From an uncultured Deferribacteres bacterium (lineage in GTDB: Bacteria > Zhuqueibacterota > Zhuqueibacteria > Zhuqueibacterales > Geothermadaptataceae), in NCBI GenBank assembly GCA_964014485.1, contig CAXHAT010000211.1:1-12996 (forward strand): a stretch of 12,996 bases of DNA, in the 5' to 3' direction. The number at the start of each line of letters is the position of its first letter. Within the stretch, counting starts at the first letter, position 1. Made by a program: the position numbers and the translations under genes. Shown in pieces: positions 6,005 through 12,996 of the stretch. A model generated the notes under the pieces. It saw only the letters and a list, made by a program, of their open reading frames with translations. It had not been told where the DNA came from and did no database searches.

Positions 6005-9000
6005 ATGAGCAGCATGTCGAAAGCCAAAAAACAATTTAAATACCCCGGAACGCGCGCGGCGATGGACGGCAATACCGCGGTCATCATGTGCGAACGCGAA
6101 TCGTCGGACGCCGCAGGCGCATACCCGATCACGCCGTCGACGCAAATGGGCGAATACTGGGCCGAAGCAGCCGCAGCCGGACATCTCAATATTTCAGGCC
6201 GACCTTTGATCTTCATTGAGCCCGAGGGCGAACATGCCGCCGCTGCTGTCACTGCCGGGATGGCGATGACCGGATTGCGTGCGGCTAATTTTTCCTCCGG
6301 TCAGGGCATTGCCTACATGCACGAATCGCTGTACGCCGCCGTCGGCAAGCGCTTGACCTACGTGCTCAATATCGGCGCGCGGGCAATGACAAAATCCACG
6401 CTGAATGTTCACGCCGGTCATGATGATTACCACTGTGTGGATGACACCGGATTTTTTCAGCTTTTTGCCAAAAACGCCCAGGAAGCGGCCGATTTCAACA
6501 TCATTGCCCACCGCATAGCGGAACTGGCGCTGAATCCCGGCGTCGTGGCGCAGGACGGATTTCTGACCACGCATCTGATCGAATCGGTGCAGGTGCCGGA
6601 ACGCGACTTGATCGCGGAGTATCTCGGCAAGCCTGACGACATGATTGAAACGCCGACGCCGGCGCAGCGATTAATTTATGGCGATACGCGCCGCCGAATT
6701 CCAGAGTTGTGGGACGTCGACAATCCGATGATGGCGGGCATCGTGCAGAATCAGGACGCCTACATGCAGAGCGTAGCTTCCCAGCGCCCGTTCTTTTTCG
6801 ATCATCTACAGGAATTCACGGATCAGGCGTTCGAAGAATTCTACGCCCTGACCGGACGCAGGTATGGCCGGGTACAAACTTACCGCGCAGATGACGCCGA
6901 ATATCTGATTCTCGGGCAGGGCAGCATCATTCCGAGCGCTGAAGCGGTGGTGGATTATTTGCGTGAATCGAGGAAGATCAAAGTGGGCGTGGTGAACATG
7001 AGCATGTTTCGCCCCTTCCCTTCTGATCTCGTCGGCAAAGTTCTCAAAGGCAAAAAAGCGGTCGCCGTGCTCGAGCGACTCGATCAGCCGCTGGCGGAAG
7101 ACCTGCCGTTGATGCGGGAAATCCGCGCGACTTTGAGCAAATGTCAGGAAAATGGTCGTGCGGGGAAATCTCCCCTGCCCTACCCCGCGCTTGAGAGCTT
7201 TAAAAAGGCCGATGACGCTCCGGCGCTCTACTCCGGTTCCTTTGGCATGGGCAGCCGCGACTTACAGCCGGAAGGTTTGATTGCGGCGGTGGAAAACATG
7301 CTGCCAGACGGTCTGCATAAGAAACTGTTTTATCTTAGCATCGACTTCATTCGTGACAAGCCGTTTACCCCGAAGCAGGCCGTGCATCAGCAGAATATTG
7401 AAAAAGACTACCCGCATGTGAAGCAGTTGGCGCTTCGCGGCAGCGAAAATCCGAACTTGATGCCCAAAGACAGCATCACGGTGCGGTTTCATTCCGTCGG
7501 CGGCTGGGGCGCGATGACGACCGGTAAAAACCTCGCGATGACGTTGTTCGACTTGCTTGGCTACCACATCAAAGCCAATCCAAAATACGGCTCGGAGAAA
7601 AAGGGCCAGCCGACGACATACTATCTTTCCGCGGCGCCGGAGCCGATTCGCATCAATTGCGAGTACCACTACGTCGACGTTGTGTTGTCGCCGGATCCCA
7701 ATGTATTCGAGCATACGAACGCTCTGGCCGGTTTGAAAAAAGGCGGCGTGTTCATCATCCAGAGCGATCAAGGCGCGCCGGAAAAAGTCTGGGCGGAGAT
7801 TCCGTACGGCTACCGGCAGATCATCGTGAAAAACGAGATCAAAGTCTACTACATCGACGCCTTCAAAGTGGCTCGTGCGGAAGCCACTGATTCGGATTTG
7901 CAACTGCGGATGCAGGGCATCGCTTTCCAGGGCGCCTTCTTCGCCGCTTCGCCCGTAATGCAGCAGGCAGGCCTGACTGAAGCGGAGTTGTTCAAAGCCA
8001 TCCATGATCAGCTTGAGCACAAGTTCGGCCACAAAGGGGCGCGGGTTGTGGAGGACAATATGCGCGTCGTCCGGCGCGGCTTCGATGAAATCCATGAGAT
8101 TCAAAACAAGCCGCTCAACGCCTCCAATGGCAAAGCCGAAGCCGCGCAGATTGAGAAAATGCTCCCCCTCATGCTCAAACAACAGCCGCAGAGCCAGGCG
8201 CCGCTTTCCGATATTCACCGTTTCTGGGAACAGACCGGCAATTTCTACGCGCGCGGCATGGGCAGCGACAACATTACCGATCCGTTCATCGGACTGAGCG
8301 TAATGCCTGCCGTCACCGGCGTCTTTCGCGACATGACCGGCATCCGTTTCGAGCATCCGGTCTGGGATCCGGAGAAATGCACGGCTTGCGCCGCGTGCTG
8401 GACGATTTGTCCTGACACAGCCATCCCGGGACTGGTCAACGATCTGTCTGAGATTCTGGACACAACCGTAAAACGGGTGAGAAAGAACGGCCATGCCGTG
8501 AAGCTGCTTCCCAAGGCAACCCGCGTGATGGAGCAGAAACTGCGATTGCTCTTTGCCGAAGCGAAGGAAACCGATCCGGTGCAGGATTTGATCGGCGAGG
8601 CGATTACGCAGACCAGCGTCGACAGCACGTTCCCTGACGCAGACAGGGATGCGCTAAAGCAGGAATTGGAGTGGTTCAAGGAGGAAATCTGGGACTACCA
8701 ATTTGCCCTGTCCCGGCCCTACTACACCGTGCGTGAGAAGAAACAGGCGGGCGACGGCGGACTCTTGAGCATCACCGTCAACCCTTACACCTGCAAGGGT
8801 TGCATGGAATGTGTGGCGGTGTGTGATGACGACGCGCTTAAACCTGTTACTCAGACGAAGGAATCGATCGACCAACTCCGGCAGAATTGGGATTTTTGGC
8901 TTGATCTGCCAAACACGCCCAAAAAATTCATTCGCGTGGACGATCTCGAACAGGGCATCGGCGCGTTAGAAACCATTCTGCTGGACAAACGCAACTACAT

Positions 9001-10954
9001 GTCATTGATGAGCGGCGACGGAGCCTGTCTGGGCTGCACCGAAAAGACCGTGATCCATCTCTTCACCGCTACGATAGAAGCGCTCATGCAGCCGCGCATT
9101 GAAAAGCACGTGGTGAAACTCGATGATCTCATCCAGCGGCTCGAAAAGCACATTCAGCAGAAGCTGCTCGGCGGCATGGAGGTCACCGATCCTGCGAAAA
9201 TCGGAAGCGTCCTCGATCAGTTCCAAGGCAACGATTTGACGCTTTCCGGGTTGGCGGGAAAACTGGAACAAGAACGAGGCGGCGATCCCATCGATCCGGC
9301 CTGGCTGAGACGGGTGACGCAATTGGTTGCGAAATTGAAGCAGTTGAAATGGAAATACACGGAAGGGACGACCGGCCGCGGACGCGCCGCGATGGGCATT
9401 TTGAACGCGACGGGCTGCACTTCCGTTTGGGGCAGCACCTACCCGTTCAACCCATATCCGTTTCCGTGGGCGAACCATCTGTTTCAGGACAGCACTTCCA
9501 TGGCCATGGGCGTGTTTGAAGGTCACATGGCCAAGATGGCCGAAGGTTTCTCAGCCGTCAGAATGGCGGAGCTCGAACTTAGCGACGAATACAATTCCGA
9601 AAAACACGACGAGTTCTTTTCCTACTTCAACTGGCACCAGTTTACGGATGAGGAATGGCTGCTGTGCCCGCCTGTTGTGGCCGTTGGCGGCGACGGCGCC
9701 ATGTACGACATCGGCTTCCAGAACCTTTCCCGCATGATGGCCTCCGGCAAACCGATCAAAGCCTTTGTGGTCGATACGCAGGTCTACTCAAACACAGGCG
9801 GCCAGGCGTGTACGTCAGGCTTCATCGGTCAAATCTCCGACATGGCTCAGTACGGCAAAGCCATCAAAGGCAAAGAAGAACCGCGCAAGGAAATCGGTCT
9901 GATCGGCATGGCGCATCGCACGACATATGTGCTGCAGAGCACGAGTGCGCACCCCAGCCACATGATCGAGGGATTCGTCCAGGGCTTGACGGCCCGGCGA
10001 CCGGCGCTGTTCAACATCTTTTGTCCCTGCCAGCCGGAGCACGGCATTGGGGACGACATGGGACAGCATCAATCAAAATTAATCGTGGAATCGCGAGCCT
10101 ATCCATTGTTTCGCTACAATCCTGAAAACGGTAAAACGCCGCAGGAATGCTTTGATCTGGAAGGCAATCCCGCCATGGATGAGAAGTGGCCGAAATATAC
10201 GATTCACTACCTCGACGGAAAGCGTGAGAAGACGATGGAACTGCCCATGACTTTTGCCGACTACGCCGTCACCGAAGTCCGGTTCCGCAAGCATTTCCGT
10301 AAAGCGCCTCCAGACACGTGGAACGATAACATGGTGCTCCTGGCCGACTTTCTCGAAATGGATGAAGATGAACGAGAAGGCAAATTCCCTTACATCTGGG
10401 CGGTCGATCCGGCGCAGAATCTCATGCGGCTGATGGTCGCCAAGCCGATTGTGGAATCCTGCGAAGAACGCATGGATTTCTGGGCGATGCTAAAGGCTCT
10501 CGCGGGCGCCGAGAGGAAGGCCGAAGCGGCGGAAGACCAGACCGAAAAAATACGCGCCGAAGTCGTTCGGAAAATCACTTCCGGGCTGTTGCAGCTTGCC
10601 GGAGGGAACGGCGCCGGATTAACCGCGCTGGCAGAATTACCTGTGACGCCAGAAGTCGCTCCTGCTGCAAGTGAGGCCGCAACCGGGGCTGAACCCGCGA
10701 GCGACTACATGGCCCCTTGGCTGGAAACGGAAGAATGCACATCCTGCGATGAATGCATCAAAATCAATCCGAATATTTTCGAATACAATGGCGACAAGAA
10801 GGCGTTCATCAAAGATCCGAACGGCGGGCCGTATTCCGACCTCGTCAAAGCAGCGGAGAAGTGTACCGCACAGGTAATTCACCCTGGTCTTCCGGCAAAC
10901 AACTCGGAGAAGGATATCGAGAAGTGGATCGAGCGTGGGAAGAAGTTCAACTGA
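6005..10954 (+). CDS. Large single-chain pyruvate/2-oxoacid:ferredoxin oxidoreductase (PFOR/NifJ-like) with a fused C-terminal ferredoxin
   Basis: 1649 aa. Motifs: AYPITPS; FRPFP; gamma-like domain FHSVGGWGAMTTGK...YGSEKKG; CTACAACWTICP and CKGCMECVAVC; GACLGC; NATGCTSVWG; TPP-binding GGDGAMYDIG...YSNTGGQ; CPCQPEHG; C-terminal CTSCDEC...AAEKC. An alternative start is ATG at 6014. Confidence 0.93.
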   Translation: MSSMSKAKKQFKYPGTRAAMDGNTAVIMCERESSDAAGAYPITPSTQMGEYWAEAAAAGHLNISGRPLIFIEPEGEHAAAAVTAGMAMTGLRAANFSSGQGIAYMHESLYAAVGKRLTYVLNIGARAMTKSTLNVHAGHDDYHCVDDTGFFQLFAKNAQEAADFNIIAHRIAELALNPGVVAQDGFLTTHLIESVQVPERDLIAEYLGKPDDMIETPTPAQRLIYGDTRRRIPELWDVDNPMMAGIVQNQDAYMQSVASQRPFFFDHLQEFTDQAFEEFYALTGRRYGRVQTYRADDAEYLILGQGSIIPSAEAVVDYLRESRKIKVGVVNMSMFRPFPSDLVGKVLKGKKAVAVLERLDQPLAEDLPLMREIRATLSKCQENGRAGKSPLPYPALESFKKADDAPALYSGSFGMGSRDLQPEGLIAAVENMLPDGLHKKLFYLSIDFIRDKPFTPKQAVHQQNIEKDYPHVKQLALRGSENPNLMPKDSITVRFHSVGGWGAMTTGKNLAMTLFDLLGYHIKANPKYGSEKKGQPTTYYLSAAPEPIRINCEYHYVDVVLSPDPNVFEHTNALAGLKKGGVFIIQSDQGAPEKVWAEIPYGYRQIIVKNEIKVYYIDAFKVARAEATDSDLQLRMQGIAFQGAFFAASPVMQQAGLTEAELFKAIHDQLEHKFGHKGARVVEDNMRVVRRGFDEIHEIQNKPLNASNGKAEAAQIEKMLPLMLKQQPQSQAPLSDIHRFWEQTGNFYARGMGSDNITDPFIGLSVMPAVTGVFRDMTGIRFEHPVWDPEKCTACAACWTICPDTAIPGLVNDLSEILDTTVKRVRKNGHAVKLLPKATRVMEQKLRLLFAEAKETDPVQDLIGEAITQTSVDSTFPDADRDALKQELEWFKEEIWDYQFALSRPYYTVREKKQAGDGGLLSITVNPYTCKGCMECVAVCDDDALKPVTQTKESIDQLRQNWDFWLDLPNTPKKFIRVDDLEQGIGALETILLDKRNYMSLMSGDGACLGCTEKTVIHLFTATIEALMQPRIEKHVVKLDDLIQRLEKHIQQKLLGGMEVTDPAKIGSVLDQFQGNDLTLSGLAGKLEQERGGDPIDPAWLRRVTQLVAKLKQLKWKYTEGTTGRGRAAMGILNATGCTSVWGSTYPFNPYPFPWANHLFQDSTSMAMGVFEGHMAKMAEGFSAVRMAELELSDEYNSEKHDEFFSYFNWHQFTDEEWLLCPPVVAVGGDGAMYDIGFQNLSRMMASGKPIKAFVVDTQVYSNTGGQACTSGFIGQISDMAQYGKAIKGKEEPRKEIGLIGMAHRTTYVLQSTSAHPSHMIEGFVQGLTARRPALFNIFCPCQPEHGIGDDMGQHQSKLIVESRAYPLFRYNPENGKTPQECFDLEGNPAMDEKWPKYTIHYLDGKREKTMELPMTFADYAVTEVRFRKHFRKAPPDTWNDNMVLLADFLEMDEDEREGKFPYIWAVDPAQNLMRLMVAKPIVESCEERMDFWAMLKALAGAERKAEAAEDQTEKIRAEVVRKITSGLLQLAGGNGAGLTALAELPVTPEVAPAASEAATGAEPASDYMAPWLETEECTSCDECIKINPNIFEYNGDKKAFIKDPNGGPYSDLVKAAEKCTAQVIHPGLPANNSEKDIEKWIERGKKFN

Positions 10955-10981
10955 TAGCAATCGACGAGAAACCAGATCACA

Positions 10982-11311
10982 ATGCTCAAAGAACAGCCTG
11001 TGCGCCCGGTTGAATTGATTAAGTCTATCGAATATCAGACCGGCGCCGTCGTCAGCAAAACGCTGGTGAAAACGAAAACCGGCTCGATCACGCTCTTCGC
11101 ATTCGATAGAGAACAGGAGTTGAGCGAGCACACAACGCCTCATCATGCGTTCTTGAATGTCCTGGAAGGTGAGGCGAAAATTACAATTGCCGGAAATTCA
11201 CACCGACTGCAAGCCGGACAGGCGATGGAATTGCCCGCCGGAGTCCCACACGCCGTTGAAGCTGTTGATAAATTCAAAATGCTGCTAATAATGCTGAAGT
11301 CTTCTGAGTGA
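10982..11311 (+). CDS. Cupin domain protein
   Basis: 109 aa with TLFAFD..QELSEHT..., VLEGEA and LPAGVPHAV cupin motifs. It starts 27 bp after the PFOR stop. Confidence 0.9.
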   Translation: MLKEQPVRPVELIKSIEYQTGAVVSKTLVKTKTGSITLFAFDREQELSEHTTPHHAFLNVLEGEAKITIAGNSHRLQAGQAMELPAGVPHAVEAVDKFKMLLIMLKSSE

Positions 11312-11460
11312 TTTCCGAGCATCCGCCGCGGATTGAAACCCGCGGCTAAGTTGAAAAATCGCCTGAAGGCGGCTAAAATCACAGCCTGCTTTAGCAGGGT
11401 TAAACAGAATTAGCCTGACGGTTCAACGTCAGGCGGAGTGCTGGCAAAATGCTGAAGTCT
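11290..11460. mobile_element. 145-bp palindromic (REPIN-like) insert between 13-bp direct repeats
   Basis: AATGCTGAAGTCT at 11290-11302 and 11448-11460. Internal hairpins are GCCGCGG-ATTGAAAC-CCGCGGC, CGCCT-GA-AGGCG, CCTGCT-TT-AGCAGG and GCCTGACG-GTTCAA-CGTCAGGC. Confidence 0.65.
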
Positions 11461-11469
11461 GAAAAATAG

Positions 11470-12813
11470 ATGCTGTCACCAATTTTCACCAAACGGAAAA
11501 GTTTCGCCCACGGAGTACATCCCCCGGAGGCCAAAAATGAGACCAACGGCGCTCCGATCAAGCAGTTTCCCTTCGCACCGGTGATGGTGATCCCGCTTTC
11601 GCAGCACATAGGCGCCCCGGCAAAACCGATTGTGAGCGAAGGGCAAGAAGTTCTGCGCGGCCAAATGATTGCCGAGGCGGACGGGATGGTCTCCGTGCCG
11701 ATGCATGCTCCGGCCTCCGGTACGGTGAAGAGAATTGCTTTGGCGCCGAACGCGGCAGGAAAAATGGTGCAGAGCATCTATCTCCAACCGTTTCCCGCCG
11801 CTGGTCAGGAAGTCAACGAGGGCGACCCGTGCGATTTGGAATCGGCTTCTCCGGAGCAGATCATCGCCGCAATTCAAAACGCGGGCATCGTCGGCTTGGG
11901 CGGCGCTGCTTTCCCTACGCATGTGAAGCTGAAAATTCCTGACGGCAAATCAGTGGATACGCTCATCATCAACGGCGTCGAATGTGAACCGTATTTGACG
12001 ACCGACCACCGGGTGATGCTCGAGCAGAAGGAAGATATTTTCACCGGAATTCGATATGTCCTCAAGGCGTGCGGGGCGCAGCGAGCGATCATCGGCGTCG
12101 AAGCGAACAAATTGGACGCTGCCGACGCTCTCAGGCGCGCGGCTCCGGCAGGCGATCCGATTTCCGTCGAAGTCGTTCAAGTGAAATATCCGCAGGGCGC
12201 GGAGAAAATGTTGATTACCGCGTTGCTGGGCAGAGAAGTTCCCTCGGGCGGACTGCCGATGGACGTCAACGTTGTTGTCGTCAACGTAGCGACGGCAGCG
12301 GAAATTGGCCGATTGCTGCCGCACGGACGAGGCATTCAGGAGCGGGTGATTACCATCACGGGCCCGGGCGTGAGGGAGAAAGGCAATTACTTGATTCCTA
12401 TCGGCACGCCGCTGCGCTTTGCGTTGGAGCAAATCGGTTTGGCGAGCAATGCCAGCCGAGTTTTTCTCGGCGGCCCAATGATGGGCGCAGCCGTCTCCAG
12501 CCTCGATATTCCGATCACAAAAGGAACGTCCGGCGTCGTCGTATTCACGGAAAATGAGGTGCGACGCATCCCGAACCGCGTGCTGCCGTGCATCCACTGC
12601 GCCTATTGCGTTGACGTCTGCCCGCTTTTCTTGAACCCGTCAAAACTTGGTATTTTGGCAAAATACGCCGAATACGACGAAATGGCGGCGCATTATCACC
12701 TGATGGACTGTTTCGAATGCGGCGCGTGCTCGTACGTCTGCCCTTCGAACATCCCGCTGGTGCAATATTTCCGCATGGCGAAGGGCATTGTTCGAGAACG
12801 GAAAGCGGCTTGA
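11470..12813 (+). CDS. rnfC: Rnf electron transport complex subunit C (NADH/FMN-binding, 2x[4Fe-4S])
   Basis: HGVHPP, PLSQHIGAPA, GIVGLGGAAFPTHVK, INGVECEPYLTTD, KYPQGAEK, GGPMMG, CIHCAYCVDVCP and CFECGACSYVCPSNIPL. Confidence 0.97.
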   Translation: MLSPIFTKRKSFAHGVHPPEAKNETNGAPIKQFPFAPVMVIPLSQHIGAPAKPIVSEGQEVLRGQMIAEADGMVSVPMHAPASGTVKRIALAPNAAGKMVQSIYLQPFPAAGQEVNEGDPCDLESASPEQIIAAIQNAGIVGLGGAAFPTHVKLKIPDGKSVDTLIINGVECEPYLTTDHRVMLEQKEDIFTGIRYVLKACGAQRAIIGVEANKLDAADALRRAAPAGDPISVEVVQVKYPQGAEKMLITALLGREVPSGGLPMDVNVVVVNVATAAEIGRLLPHGRGIQERVITITGPGVREKGNYLIPIGTPLRFALEQIGLASNASRVFLGGPMMGAAVSSLDIPITKGTSGVVVFTENEVRRIPNRVLPCIHCAYCVDVCPLFLNPSKLGILAKYAEYDEMAAHYHLMDCFECGACSYVCPSNIPLVQYFRMAKGIVRERKAA

Positions 12814-12878
12814 AGTTATTGTTTTCTTGAGGCCCAACCCGGAACCAATCAGAAGCGATCATTCAATCTCATGACTTA

Positions 12879-12913
12879 ACGCAGAGATGCAAAGGTCGCA
12901 GAGCTACGCGGAG
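12879..12913 (+). repeat. Degenerate short tandem repeat (ACGCAGAG-like x4)
   Basis: ACGCAGAG, ATGCAAAG, TCGCAGAG and ACGCGGAG in near-tandem arrangement, followed by a T-run. Confidence 0.45.
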
Positions 12914-12996
12914 TTTTTTTAACACAAATATTGGAAACCCTATTAGACCTTATGTTCAGTTAAGCTTTTGATTTTGTTGTACTTGATTATTTTGGG

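Noticed and set aside
7262..8494. 410-aa antisense ORF (and other long antisense ORFs within PFOR and rnfC)
   Set aside because: These are shadow frames opposite strongly supported genes, expected from codon bias in GC-rich coding DNA.

Overview
Bacterial window with two divergent gene groups. The minus strand carries a multi-TM membrane protein (probable ABC permease, DUF5687-like), an ABC ATPase and a dihydroorotate-dehydrogenase-like flavoprotein. The plus strand carries an energy-metabolism cluster: rnfB, an unusually large (1649 aa) single-chain pyruvate/2-oxoacid:ferredoxin oxidoreductase with two internal insertions and a fused C-terminal ferredoxin, a cupin, and rnfC. Most intergenic spacers hold distinct palindromic or miniature mobile elements. 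The clearest is a 279-bp MITE-like element (2254-2532) with 29/30-bp terminal inverted repeats, each carrying a perfect DnaA box. It sits inside a REP palindrome with an exact 10-bp target duplication and carries REPIN-like hairpin cargo. A second insertion, flanked by a 13-bp direct repeat, appears to have rewritten the cupin C-terminus and separated it from rnfC. No transposase, tRNA, rRNA or CRISPR array is visible. All family assignments come from motif recognition by eye; no database searches were run.
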